Below, one piece after another: positions 9,062-18,997 of a DNA stretch of 64,000 nucleotides. A model generated the notes under the pieces. That model did no database searches, had not been told where the DNA came from, and saw only the letters and a program-made list of their open reading frames with translations. The first letter of the stretch is position 1, and each line of letters opens with the position of its first letter. This DNA comes from Dehalococcoidia bacterium (GTDB lineage: Bacteria; Chloroflexota; Dehalococcoidia; UBA6926): the NCBI GenBank assembly GCA_963665385.1, contig OY762213.1, forward strand, positions 1,058,313 to 1,122,312. Reading direction: 5' to 3'. The translations under genes were made by a program, and so were the position numbers.

Positions 9062-11038
9062 ATGCCGGAAGCAGCAGTCTGGTTGATCATTGCCGCGCCG
9101 CTCGCGGCGGCCGTTTTCAACGGCCTGATCATCCGTCCCCTGTTTGGGCCGGTGTCACGGATTGGATTCGATGCCACCGTCGGCGCAATCGGCATATCGT
9201 TCCTTCTTTCGCTCTGGGCGTTGTCCGTCGTCTGGACAGACCAGGAGGTCGTCCTTCCCTTACACGAGATTATCCGCGTCGATGAGTTTTCGCTTCGAAT
9301 AGGATTGCTGTTGGACGGGCTGACGGCCATCATGCTGGTTGTCGTGACGTCTGTGAGCCTCCTTGTGCAAATCTACTCGCACGGCTACATGAAGGAGGAT
9401 CAGAGCTACGTCCGGTACTACACCTTCATGGCCATGTTCACGTCGGCGATGCTGACGTTGGTCCTGGCCAACAACCTGATCCTGCTGTTTGTTGGCTGGG
9501 AGCTTGTCGGACTGTGTTCGTACCTGCTGATCGGGTTCTGGTTCACGCGACCGAGCGCGGCGGCGGCTGCCAAGAAGGCCTTTATCATCACCCGCTTCGG
9601 CGACCTCTTTTTCCTGCTCGCAATCCTCGGTATCTTCCTGCTGTGGCCCGACGATACGCCTGTCACGTTCGCCCTCAGCGACCCGAATGCCTCCATCGAT
9701 CTGCTCAGCGCGGGCGGTGCGGCGCTGACAGGGACGGGTCTGACGCTCATCTGCCTGGGCATCATGGCAGGCGCGGCGGGCAAGAGCGCGCAATTCCCGT
9801 TGCACACGTGGCTGCCGGACGCGATGGAGGGCCCCACACCGGTCAGCGCGCTCATCCACGCCGCGACGATGGTCGCCGCAGGTGTCTTCCTCGTTGCGCG
9901 GTTCCTGCCGCTGTTCGAGGAGGCGGAGACTGCGCGGACCATCGTTGCACTCATCGGCGGATTCACGGTCGTCTTTGCGGCGTCGATGGGCCTTGTGATG
10001 AACGACATCAAGCGCGTGCTCGCCTATTCGACCGTGAGCCAGCTGGGTTATATGTTCCTAGCACTTGGGTTGGGGGCGCTCGGCCCGGCATTATTCCACC
10101 TGTTCAACCACGCATTCTTCAAGGCGTTGCTGTTCCTTGGCTCCGGTTCCGTCAACCACGCCACCGGAACGTTTGACATGCGCTTGATGGGCGGGCTGCG
10201 ACGCGTCATGCCGTGGACGTACGGCGTATTCTTCATCGGCTCGCTGAGCCTTGCCGGCATCCCACCGTTCTCCGGTTTCTGGAGCAAAGACGAGATACTC
10301 GGCATTGCGTGGTCGTATGGCGGCACGCTGGGCACGATTCTCTTCGTACTCGCGGTAGTCGGCGCGTTCATGACGGCCGCCTATATCTTCCGTGCACTGT
10401 TCATGACATTCCACGGCAAGTACCGGGGCGGCGAGGCGCAGGAGGCGCACGGCACCGTGGACGCGCATGAGACACACGACGAGGGGCACGGCGCGACCCC
10501 GCACGAATCGCCGTGGGTCATGGTTATTCCGATGGCGATTCTCGCCGTGCTGGCAATCGGCTCCTGGTTCATCAATTTCCCGGTAACGCACTGGTTCACC
10601 GACCTCTTAAAGCCGCTTGGCGCGCACGTGGAAGAGATCCAGATCGTTCCCGCTGCTATTGGACTTGTGGCGGGTTTGCTTGGCATCGCAGTAGCGACGG
10701 CGCTGTACCGGGGCGGCGCGGTGAGCGCCCCGTCCATCAGCGGACCACTCGCTCCCATCACTAATCTGCTAACCCGCAAGTACTACATGGATGAGTTTTA
10801 CGAGGGCGTGATTGTGCGCTCCGTACTTTACGAGCGTCTGTGGCGGTTCCTCGCGTGGTTCGACAGCGACAAGGGCGTTGTGGACAGGGCAGTCAACACG
10901 CTGGGGCTATTTGGGCGCAACCTCGGCAAGGGTATTCGCGTCGTCGAGAACGGCCAGCTGCAGATGTCGCTCACGGTGTTGTCCATCGGCGCGGTAATCA
11001 TCGTGGCCGCATACGTCGTGTGGGGAGGCGTGGGCTAG
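9062..11038 (+). CDS. nuoL: NADH-quinone oxidoreductase subunit L
   Basis: 658-aa antiporter-like subunit (WLPDAMEGPTPVSALIHAATMVAAG) with the long C-terminal region typical of NuoL. Confidence 0.93.
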   Translation: MPEAAVWLIIAAPLAAAVFNGLIIRPLFGPVSRIGFDATVGAIGISFLLSLWALSVVWTDQEVVLPLHEIIRVDEFSLRIGLLLDGLTAIMLVVVTSVSLLVQIYSHGYMKEDQSYVRYYTFMAMFTSAMLTLVLANNLILLFVGWELVGLCSYLLIGFWFTRPSAAAAAKKAFIITRFGDLFFLLAILGIFLLWPDDTPVTFALSDPNASIDLLSAGGAALTGTGLTLICLGIMAGAAGKSAQFPLHTWLPDAMEGPTPVSALIHAATMVAAGVFLVARFLPLFEEAETARTIVALIGGFTVVFAASMGLVMNDIKRVLAYSTVSQLGYMFLALGLGALGPALFHLFNHAFFKALLFLGSGSVNHATGTFDMRLMGGLRRVMPWTYGVFFIGSLSLAGIPPFSGFWSKDEILGIAWSYGGTLGTILFVLAVVGAFMTAAYIFRALFMTFHGKYRGGEAQEAHGTVDAHETHDEGHGATPHESPWVMVIPMAILAVLAIGSWFINFPVTHWFTDLLKPLGAHVEEIQIVPAAIGLVAGLLGIAVATALYRGGAVSAPSISGPLAPITNLLTRKYYMDEFYEGVIVRSVLYERLWRFLAWFDSDKGVVDRAVNTLGLFGRNLGKGIRVVENGQLQMSLTVLSIGAVIIVAAYVVWGGVG

Positions 11039-11041
11039 GTC

Positions 11042-12523
11042 ATGCAACCCTTCGACGGCCTCATAACGCTCATCGTCTTCCTGCCGGTCGCCGGCGCGGC
11101 AGTCATTGCGGTGGCGGGGCGCGAGCAGATGCTGGTGCGGCGCATCGCGCTCGGCGCCATGATCCTCAATCTCATTCTCGCCACCTACGCCTGGCTCTCG
11201 TACAGCGCCAACGGCCCGATCATCGAACAACTTGGGCAATATGGATCAAACCCGTGGATTCCGGGCGTCAACGCTTCCTATCTGCTGACTATCGACGGCC
11301 TCTCGATGCCGCTGGTCTTCCTCACGGCCCTGCTTGGAGTCGTGGCCGTGCTTGGGTCGTGGCACGTCAAGGAGCGAGTCCGCGAGTATCACGTCTGGCT
11401 GCTGATGCTCCTGACCGGTGTGCAGGGCGTGTTCGTGGCGGGCGACCTGCTCCTCTTCTTCCTGTTCTGGGAGGTGGAGTTGGTGCCAATGTATTTCCTC
11501 ATCGCGATGTGGGGCACTGGTCACCGCGAATACTCTGCGATGAAATTCGTTCTTTACACGCTCTTCGGGAGCGCGTTCATGTTGGTGGGAGTGCTCGCCC
11601 TGCGCTTCGCGATCGGGTCGTTTGACATGGGCGCAATGACGCTTGCGGGGCAGGAGGGCACACTGCGTGCCGCGTTCCTGAGCATGGACGTCATCTTCCT
11701 GATGTTCCTGGCAGCATTCGCCATAAAGCTCCCTGTCTGGCCGTTGCATACGTGGCTGCCGGACGCGCATACGGACGCGCCGACCGCCGTCAGCGTGCTG
11801 CTTGCGGGAGTGCTGCTAAAGATGGGCGGCTACGGCCTGATCCGCATCAACGTCGGAATGTTCCCGAGCGAGATGGAACAATGGGCGCCGCTGCTGGTCA
11901 TCTTCTCCGTCGTCAGCATCCTCTATGGCGCGGCGGTGGTGTTCAGACAAACAGATCTCAAACGGCTTGTCGCGTATTCGAGCGTCAGCCACATGGGACT
12001 CGTCTTATTGGGGGTGGCCTCATTGGGCGCCGTGAGTGTCACCGGCGCGGCGTTGCAGATGTTTGCGCACGGCACAATCACAGGCTTGCTGTTCCTCGTC
12101 GTTGGGATCATCTATGAAAACACTCACACGCGACATATCCCGGACCTTGGCGGCCTCTTCTCGCGGATGCCTGTGGTTGGCGCAGTATTTGTGTTTGCGG
12201 GACTCGCGAGCCTTGGCCTGCCGCTGCTTAGCGGATTTGCGGCGGAGTTGATGGTCTTCCTCGGCAGCTTCGACGCCTACCCATGGCAGACGGCCTTTGC
12301 CGTGCTGGGCATAGTGCTGACAGCAGGCTACATCCTGTGGACGGTGGAGCGCGTGTTGCTCGGCCCGCTCAAGGAAAGGTGGCAGTCCGTCAAGGACGCA
12401 TCACCCGCCGATTTCGTGGCGATGGCGCTGCTCGTGCTGCCGATCATCATCGTCGGTGTCTATCCGGCGTTGGTGGCCGACGTATTCCGCGACGCCGTGA
12501 CGCTGCTGGTGGGCGGAGGGTAG
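11042..12523 (+). CDS. nuoM: NADH-quinone oxidoreductase subunit M
   Basis: Antiporter-like subunit (WLPDAHTDAPTAVSVLLAGVLLKMGGYG) in the NuoM position. Confidence 0.92.
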   Translation: MQPFDGLITLIVFLPVAGAAVIAVAGREQMLVRRIALGAMILNLILATYAWLSYSANGPIIEQLGQYGSNPWIPGVNASYLLTIDGLSMPLVFLTALLGVVAVLGSWHVKERVREYHVWLLMLLTGVQGVFVAGDLLLFFLFWEVELVPMYFLIAMWGTGHREYSAMKFVLYTLFGSAFMLVGVLALRFAIGSFDMGAMTLAGQEGTLRAAFLSMDVIFLMFLAAFAIKLPVWPLHTWLPDAHTDAPTAVSVLLAGVLLKMGGYGLIRINVGMFPSEMEQWAPLLVIFSVVSILYGAAVVFRQTDLKRLVAYSSVSHMGLVLLGVASLGAVSVTGAALQMFAHGTITGLLFLVVGIIYENTHTRHIPDLGGLFSRMPVVGAVFVFAGLASLGLPLLSGFAAELMVFLGSFDAYPWQTAFAVLGIVLTAGYILWTVERVLLGPLKERWQSVKDASPADFVAMALLVLPIIIVGVYPALVADVFRDAVTLLVGGG

Positions 12524-12529
12524 GCGGCG

Positions 12530-14041
12530 ATGCCAACTCAGATTGACGCCGCCTCTCTGGGCATCGACTTCGGCCATCTCGCGCCGGAGATTATTCTCAC
12601 ACTGGCTGCCATCACCGTTGTGCTGGTTGACCTCGTCGCACGAGACAAGCGAGTTCTGGCGTGGCTGAGCGCCCTTGGAGTCGCCATGGCGGGCGGCGCT
12701 GCCGTCTGGCTTTGGACGTCCGACGCGTCCGGAACAAGTTACTCCGGCATAGTCATTACCGACCTGTTTGGCACGATGTTCAAACTCATCGTGCTTGGCG
12801 GCACGCTGCTGGCCATCCTCTTCTCACCCGCGTATGTTGAGCGCCGCCTTTCGCGTTTCCACGGTGAATACTACGGCCTTCTGTTGCTGGCTACCGTCGG
12901 CATGATGCTGCTCGTCTCGATGGGCGAGTTGATCTCTATCGTCCTTGCATTGGAGATTCAGACCTTCGCGCTGGTTGCGCTGATCGCGTTGCTCAAGGAT
13001 GCGAAATCCACTGAATCCGCGCTCAAGTTCTTGCTTCTCAGTGCGGTCGCGACGGCTGTCATGCTGTACGGAATGGCCATCTTGTTTGGCCTGACCGGCA
13101 CGACGTTCATCGCGGACATGCCGGGCGTGGTGGCGGAGCGTGTGGCTGAGGGCGGCTTGGCCAACAATCTCGCGCTGATCCTTGCCGCCGTTCTGCTCAT
13201 CGTGGGTTTCGGATTCAAGATTTCCAGCGTGCCGTTCCAAATGTGGGTCCCGCCGGTGTACGAGGGTGCTCCGACACCCATCGTCGGCTACCTTTCCGTA
13301 GTGTCCAAGGCGGCCGGATTTGCCGTGCTCATGCGACTGTTCGTCGTCGTGTTGGAGCAGGCGGGGCTGGATCTGCTGGACTGGCCGTTGCTTATCGGCG
13401 TGCTGGCCATTGCCTCCATGACCATCGGCAACGTTGTGGCCATCATTCAGACGAACATCAAGCGTCTGCTCGCGTACAGCACGATAGCCCAGGCCGGATA
13501 CATCCTCATTGGAGTAGCGGTGATGGGCAACGGTGGGGCTATCGTTTACGAGCTAGCGACGAGCGGTGTCATCTTCTATCTCGCCGCCTACACGTTCTCC
13601 AATCTGGCGGCATTCGGCGCGCTAATCGCCCTCAGCCGTCCCAACGGCAACGACTCCATAGAAGAGTTGACGGGCGGCTACTCACGGTCGCCACTTGCCG
13701 CCATTGTTCTGACGGTGGCGCTGATTTCCCTTGTCGGACTGCCGCCGACGGGCCTCTTTGTCGGCAAGATCTACCTCTTCTACGGGGCAGTGCAGGGCGA
13801 TCTGTGGTGGCTGGCCCTGGCGGGCGCCCTCAACAGCTTTGTATCCGCCTACTACTACCTGCGGCCTGTGCGCCGCCTCTGGCAGTCCGGCGGGCCGACT
13901 GACGTTGTTAGCGATACGGCGCGTTCCTTCTCATTGCGGGCCTCCATGGTGGTTAGCCTCATCGGCGTAATCGTTCTGGGTATCGTTCCGTTCTGGCTCA
14001 TTTCCCGTGCCACGGAGGCCGCCGCGTCCTTCACACCTTGA
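12530..14041 (+). CDS. nuoN: NADH-quinone oxidoreductase subunit N
   Basis: Antiporter-like subunit (PFQMWVPPVYEGAPTPIVGYLSVVSKAAGF); last gene of the nuo operon. Confidence 0.9.
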   Translation: MPTQIDAASLGIDFGHLAPEIILTLAAITVVLVDLVARDKRVLAWLSALGVAMAGGAAVWLWTSDASGTSYSGIVITDLFGTMFKLIVLGGTLLAILFSPAYVERRLSRFHGEYYGLLLLATVGMMLLVSMGELISIVLALEIQTFALVALIALLKDAKSTESALKFLLLSAVATAVMLYGMAILFGLTGTTFIADMPGVVAERVAEGGLANNLALILAAVLLIVGFGFKISSVPFQMWVPPVYEGAPTPIVGYLSVVSKAAGFAVLMRLFVVVLEQAGLDLLDWPLLIGVLAIASMTIGNVVAIIQTNIKRLLAYSTIAQAGYILIGVAVMGNGGAIVYELATSGVIFYLAAYTFSNLAAFGALIALSRPNGNDSIEELTGGYSRSPLAAIVLTVALISLVGLPPTGLFVGKIYLFYGAVQGDLWWLALAGALNSFVSAYYYLRPVRRLWQSGGPTDVVSDTARSFSLRASMVVSLIGVIVLGIVPFWLISRATEAAASFTP

Positions 14042-14157
14042 GTGGGGTTCCCAAATCACGGGGTACGGCTCGATACGTTATGATTTCCTAACGAGTGACG
14101 GCAACAGCGCGACACCCGCTGGGGCCTGATTAAACAACCTGTTGGAGGTAAGCAACT

Positions 14158-15204
14158 ATGTTTGACCGTGTCCACCACGCCGGAATCGCCGTAGGCGATC
14201 TCCAGGGAGCAACGGACATCTTTGCAGACGCGCTTGGGCTTCGCGTGGATGGGATTCGCTCTCCGCGACCCGAGGGGCGAGCGCAGCGTGGGGCGGACCC
14301 CACAGACATCATTGATATTCCCATTGGTCACTCCGAGCTTGAGCTGAACGCCGCCGCCGCAGAGGGCACGGGCGTCCACCGGTTTGTGGAATCACGCGGC
14401 GGACTCGGCGCGCTCCACCATGTGTGCCTGCACACCACCAACATGGCTGATGACGTTGGACACCTGCGTGCCTCCGGCCTCCAGCAAGTAGCCGCGCCGC
14501 CGGATGTCCTTGCCGAGAACGAGCCGTGGACTGACGTCGCATTCTTCCATCCGCGGGACTGCATGGGCATCCTGCTTGAGATATGGACCACGGAAGTTCA
14601 CCGCGTCGATATGCGCTACCAGGGCGAGGGTCTATTCACTCGCATGGCGCACATTGGTGTCGTCGCGTCGGATATCGAGAAGTCCCGTCACTTCTGGACG
14701 AATGTCATTGGCTTCCGCGTCGACATGTTCAAATCGAACGTCCTCAAGGGTGGCCGGCATGTGGACTCCGACAACGTGACCGTACTGGATCTGCCAATGG
14801 GCGACTCCGGCATCACGTGCGTCCATCCCAACGACAGCGAGAGCGGCACGGCGCGCTTCCTTGAGAAGTACGGCGCGCGGGCAGGGGGCACGATGCACCA
14901 CATCGCGCTTGCCACTGCCGACGTCAAGACCGCCGCGGACGTCGTTCAGTCGCGAGGGCTTCAGCTCATAGGCCCCGCGACTGATGACAGTGCGTGGATT
15001 CACCCGAAGAGCGCGGCCGGCGTCCTGATTGAGATCGTCAAGGACGATCTGGGTCAGCCCAGGCCCCTCAGCCGCTCAGAGCGAGCTCGAGCGATCCGAC
15101 AGGGCAAGGTGGTTGGTCGGACGAACCGGGAGCTTGCAAGCGAATACGGAGTGAGTGAAGCCGAGGTTGAGGCGATTCTGAGCGCGCAAGGGCCCCAGGA
15201 CTAG
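14158..15204 (+). CDS. Tandem double-VOC (glyoxalase/bleomycin-resistance/dioxygenase-family, methylmalonyl-CoA-epimerase-like) protein with a C-terminal HTH-like tail
   Basis: Two VOC modules (MFDRVHHAGIAVGDL..., then MAHIGVVASDIEKSRHFWTNVIGFRV...). Paralogous to 15287..16198, 49319..50119 and 50144..51025. Extra C-terminal segment GRTNRELASEYGVSEAEVEAIL resembles a helix-turn-helix. Confidence 0.7.
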   Translation: MFDRVHHAGIAVGDLQGATDIFADALGLRVDGIRSPRPEGRAQRGADPTDIIDIPIGHSELELNAAAAEGTGVHRFVESRGGLGALHHVCLHTTNMADDVGHLRASGLQQVAAPPDVLAENEPWTDVAFFHPRDCMGILLEIWTTEVHRVDMRYQGEGLFTRMAHIGVVASDIEKSRHFWTNVIGFRVDMFKSNVLKGGRHVDSDNVTVLDLPMGDSGITCVHPNDSESGTARFLEKYGARAGGTMHHIALATADVKTAADVVQSRGLQLIGPATDDSAWIHPKSAAGVLIEIVKDDLGQPRPLSRSERARAIRQGKVVGRTNRELASEYGVSEAEVEAILSAQGPQD

Positions 15205-15286
15205 CGGCGGCTGACAGAGCCAAGACTGAAAACGAAGTAGAAACCATCACCGATACGGACAACAGACAGAGTAAGGAATTTTAGAA

Positions 15287-16198
15287 TTGTTTGACAGAAT
15301 TCATCATGCAGGACTTGCCATAGCCGACCTGGTTTCAGCCAAAAGCGTCTTTGCGGACGCCCTTGGCCTACGCGTCGATGAGACTCGCTCCCCGCTGCCG
15401 GACGGCAACAAGCAGCGCGGCCCGGATCCGACGGACATACTGGACATCCCCATTGGCAATGCCGAACTTGAAATGAACGCGCCTCCGTCTGACGGCACGA
15501 CGCCCGGCGGCACACACCGATTCGTTGAGCAGCGAGGCGGCGCGGGTGCGCTCCATCACGTTTGTCTCCATTCCACCAATGTGCCGGATGACATTGCCCA
15601 CCTGCGCGCGGCCGGCCTACAGCAGATTGCCGCGCCACCGGAGGTCCTTGAGTCCAACGAGCCGTGGGATTCAGTCGCTTTCTTCCACCCGCGTGACTGC
15701 ATGGGCATCTTGCTGGAGATATGGTTTACCGATGACCATCATGTCGGCGCGCGTTACCAGGGCGAGGGTATTTTCACCCGCTTGAATCACATCGGTGTTG
15801 TATCCGGTGATCTGGACAAGGCGCGGCATTTCTGGACGAACGCAATCGGAATGCGCGTTGACATGCTCAAGACCAACGTTCTCAAGGGAGGGCTGAAGGT
15901 CGAATCTGACAACGTGCGGGTTCTCAACATTCCCATGGCTAACGGTAACAGTGGCGTCGTGGCCATCACACCGGAGGACGGTACAAGCGGCACCGCGCGT
16001 TTTCTTGAGAAGTATGGCGGCCGCGCCAATGGCACGATGCATCACCTCGCATTCGCGACCAAAGACGTGAAGACCGCTGCGGACTATGTACAGGGCAATG
16101 GCCTCAAGCTCATCGGCCAGCCCAACGATGAATTCGCGTGGATTCACCCCAAGAGCGCCGCGGGGGTGCTCATTCAGATTGTGAAAGACGAGGCATAG
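15287..16198 (+). CDS. Tandem double-VOC (methylmalonyl-CoA-epimerase-like) protein, paralog of the upstream gene
   Basis: MFDRIHHAGLAIADL...ALHHVCLHSTNVPDDIAHLRAAGLQQIAAPPEV is near-identical in architecture to 14158..15204. Second VOC module: LNHIGVVSGDLDKARHFW. Confidence 0.7.
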   Translation: MFDRIHHAGLAIADLVSAKSVFADALGLRVDETRSPLPDGNKQRGPDPTDILDIPIGNAELEMNAPPSDGTTPGGTHRFVEQRGGAGALHHVCLHSTNVPDDIAHLRAAGLQQIAAPPEVLESNEPWDSVAFFHPRDCMGILLEIWFTDDHHVGARYQGEGIFTRLNHIGVVSGDLDKARHFWTNAIGMRVDMLKTNVLKGGLKVESDNVRVLNIPMANGNSGVVAITPEDGTSGTARFLEKYGGRANGTMHHLAFATKDVKTAADYVQGNGLKLIGQPNDEFAWIHPKSAAGVLIQIVKDEA

Positions 16199-16293
16199 CG
16201 GCGGGGCAGGGACGCGGGACGGTTTCCACCTGATCCTGGAGACCGCGCCGACCGTCTGACGCCGCCGCGCAAGCTCGGCATAATGGCGTTCCC

Positions 16294-17178
16294 ATGAAAC
16301 GAGTCGGCATCCTCTACCAGACACGAACACCGGAACCGGAAACGGTCGCGGTGGTGTTGGCCGACCAGGCGCGGGCGTTGGGTCGCGATGTCTGGCTCCA
16401 ATCGTCATGGGATGACGGCGTCGATCAGATCAATGGCGATACTGATTTAATCATCAGCGTGGGCGGTGACGGAACGCTCCTGCGGGTCGCCCGCCTTGTG
16501 GCCCCTTCGGGTATCCCCATCCTCGGAGTCAACGCCGGCAGACTCGGGTTCCTAACGGAGATCGATGCATCCGACGCGACTGGCCTGCTTCCCCGTGCAT
16601 TGAATGGGGAAGGACGGATCGAAGAGAGGACAATGCTGGCCGTCGAGCATGACGGCGCATCGTCATACGCCCTCAATGACGCGATCATCAGCCGCGGTGG
16701 CCCTGCCCGAACCGTTCAGGTCGGCATCGACGTGAATGGCGCTGAATTTCTTGCCTTCCGCGGCGACGGCGTCGTTGTCGCCACGGCAACAGGCAGCACT
16801 GCGTATAATCTCTCCGCCGGCGGCCCGGTGTTGCCGCCCACGACGGCAGAGTTGATCATCAATCCCGTCTCCGCGCACCCCGCGTCTGAAGCTCCCGTCC
16901 TTGTTGAGCCAGACGCAAAGATTGTCATTCGAATCAGGACGGATCACGGCGCGGTCCTCAGCCTCGACGGGCAAGACGATTTCGACGTCCATGACGAAGC
17001 TATAATTACCGTCCGGCGGAGCCCTTATCTCGCGCGCCTGTTGCGGTTCAGCGACGCCGGTTACTTCTACCGCAGCCTCAGTGATCTTCTCAATCGCCGC
17101 CGCCGCCACCCGGATCTGCCGGATGTGGACGGCGCCAATGATGAGGTTGCCGCGCCGCAAGGAGTCACTGTGTCATGA
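16294..17178 (+). CDS. nadK: NAD(+) kinase
   Basis: GGDGTLL and NDAIISRGG motifs, DGQDDFDVH, and the expected length. Confidence 0.88.
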   Translation: MKRVGILYQTRTPEPETVAVVLADQARALGRDVWLQSSWDDGVDQINGDTDLIISVGGDGTLLRVARLVAPSGIPILGVNAGRLGFLTEIDASDATGLLPRALNGEGRIEERTMLAVEHDGASSYALNDAIISRGGPARTVQVGIDVNGAEFLAFRGDGVVVATATGSTAYNLSAGGPVLPPTTAELIINPVSAHPASEAPVLVEPDAKIVIRIRTDHGAVLSLDGQDDFDVHDEAIITVRRSPYLARLLRFSDAGYFYRSLSDLLNRRRRHPDLPDVDGANDEVAAPQGVTVS

Positions 17179-17753
17179 CCACTCTTGGCAAAACTCTTGC
17201 CGCAAGGGAGGCCGTCCTTAGGGAGCGGGGATTCCGGGTGCGCGATGCACGCCTGAGCGATGTGCCGCGAATGGCGGAGATGATCAACAACTTTGCCAGC
17301 CAGGGCGAAATGCTGCCGCGCAGCGCGTCCGAACTCTATGAGAATATCCGGGACTTCCTCATCATCGCCGACGCAAACGATGAGGTCGCCGCCACCGCCG
17401 CGCTCCATATCCTCTGGGACGACTTGGCTGAGATCAAATCCGTGGCAGTCAGCGAGGCGCTGCACGGGCAGGGCATTGGCGCTTACCTCGTGGAGAAGTG
17501 CGTTGAAGAGGCGGCGCGGATGGAGCTACCAACCGTCTTCGTCCTGACCCACAAGCCCGGCTTCTATGAGAAGCTGCAATTCGAGCGGGCAGACGTTCTC
17601 GCATTTCCGCGCAAGGTCTGGTCGGAGTGCATCCGCTGTCCCAAGTTCTCAAACTGCAACGAGATTGCGATGAGCAGGCCGGTGGCGCGGGAGTTCACGG
17701 CTGACCTGCCGGACGATGACGATCTGTTAGACCCTATTCCGAACCGGGCCTAG
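17175..17753 (+). CDS. argA: GNAT-family amino-acid N-acetyltransferase (short-form N-acetylglutamate synthase, ArgA-like)
   Basis: LHILWDDLAEIKSVAV, QGIGAYLVEKC and the C-terminal ECIRCPKFSNC segment closely resemble the mycobacterial-type short ArgA (LHVLWSDLGEIRTVAV...EMCRSYD). Overlaps the nadK stop. Confidence 0.65.
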   Translation: MTTLGKTLAAREAVLRERGFRVRDARLSDVPRMAEMINNFASQGEMLPRSASELYENIRDFLIIADANDEVAATAALHILWDDLAEIKSVAVSEALHGQGIGAYLVEKCVEEAARMELPTVFVLTHKPGFYEKLQFERADVLAFPRKVWSECIRCPKFSNCNEIAMSRPVAREFTADLPDDDDLLDPIPNRA

Positions 17754-17846
17754 GCTTCCTTCCGTCGTTCCCGGGAAAGCATGTCACGTACTCTGATACG
17801 GGGCAGGCATTTAGCCGGTCTAACCACAGAGCAATAGGAGAACGTA

Positions 17847-18380
17847 ATGGAACGCCTTTCACGCCGCGCCGTCTATGAGGGCCGCATTGTCACCGTCTAT
17901 GAAGACCACATGCAGCTGGACGGCGGGCGGGAGCAGATGTGGACGACAATTCAGCATCCGGGCGCAGTTGTCATGGTGCCTGTCGATCCTGACGGAAATA
18001 TTCTCCTGGTCCGCCAGCCTCGCCCGTCGGCCCGTGATGTCCTGCTGGAACTCCCGGCCGGAACACGCGAGGAAGGTGAGGAGCCTGTCGTGACCGCGCG
18101 ACGCGAGCTACAGGAAGAGATCGCCCACGATCCCGGAACGATGACGCCGCTCGGCGGCTTCTACAGCGCCCCCGGGTTCTGCGATGAGTTCCTGCACCTC
18201 TTTCTCGCTACGGACTTGAGTCCTGTCGAGGGGGTTGAGCCGGATGCGGACGAGGAGATTACCGTCGTACCCACTCCTCCTAGCGCCGTGCCGGATCTTA
18301 TCCGAAGCGGCGAAATCCGTGACGCCAAGTCCATCGCCGGTCTGCTGCGTTATCTCTACATGGAGGGCGGGCTCACTTAA
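17847..18380 (+). CDS. NUDIX hydrolase (ADP-ribose pyrophosphatase-like)
   Basis: Canonical Nudix box GTREEGEEPVVTARRELQEEIA (GX5EX7REUXEEXGU). Confidence 0.85.
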   Translation: MERLSRRAVYEGRIVTVYEDHMQLDGGREQMWTTIQHPGAVVMVPVDPDGNILLVRQPRPSARDVLLELPAGTREEGEEPVVTARRELQEEIAHDPGTMTPLGGFYSAPGFCDEFLHLFLATDLSPVEGVEPDADEEITVVPTPPSAVPDLIRSGEIRDAKSIAGLLRYLYMEGGLT

Positions 18381-18451
18381 GAGTGCCGCGTCTCCCCCCA
18401 ACACCTTCTCTCGTTGCGTTACTATGACAATGAATACAAGCGGAGGGCGCG

Positions 18452-18829
18452 ATGCTCTACATATTCCTGTGTACAGTCACGGAAGAGGGCCAGCAGGCAA
18501 TGCTGCGCGACCCGGAGATGTTTTCACATGTCGCCGACGACGTTAATGTGGACGGCACTCAGTTGCTCGCTCGCTATGCCGTTCTCGGACAATACGATTA
18601 CGTTGCCATGGTCGAGGCCCGCACCCACGAGGATGCCGCCCGCCTTTCCCTTGAACTTGGCGCACGCGCCCACGTCCACATAGAAACACTTGTCACTATT
18701 GCCGTCCGCCAGTTGGCAGACGGGCCCGATGGGGCGCTTGAGACGCTGACCTCCGTGCAACGTCCCGTTCTTGCCGGTGATGAAGGCAATGATCCGCCGG
18801 ACTTCGCGGGACCGATATCTACGTCATAG
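18452..18829 (+). CDS. GYD-domain protein
   Basis: LGQYDYVAMVEA motif characteristic of the GYD family; about 125 aa. Confidence 0.7.
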   Translation: MLYIFLCTVTEEGQQAMLRDPEMFSHVADDVNVDGTQLLARYAVLGQYDYVAMVEARTHEDAARLSLELGARAHVHIETLVTIAVRQLADGPDGALETLTSVQRPVLAGDEGNDPPDFAGPISTS

Positions 18830-18997
18830 CGGGGGAAGCTCTCTACTCGCCCCTCCAGTGTGTGAGTAAGTCGAGAGCAAGTTCAGCTTTCGCGGCAACA
18901 GCGGAATAACCTATACTTTGTTACAAGAATCACACGTTTCACGGAGGTCGCTTGGCCTCCCTTTTGATGACGTAAATGGGTAGGGGAGAAACACACA

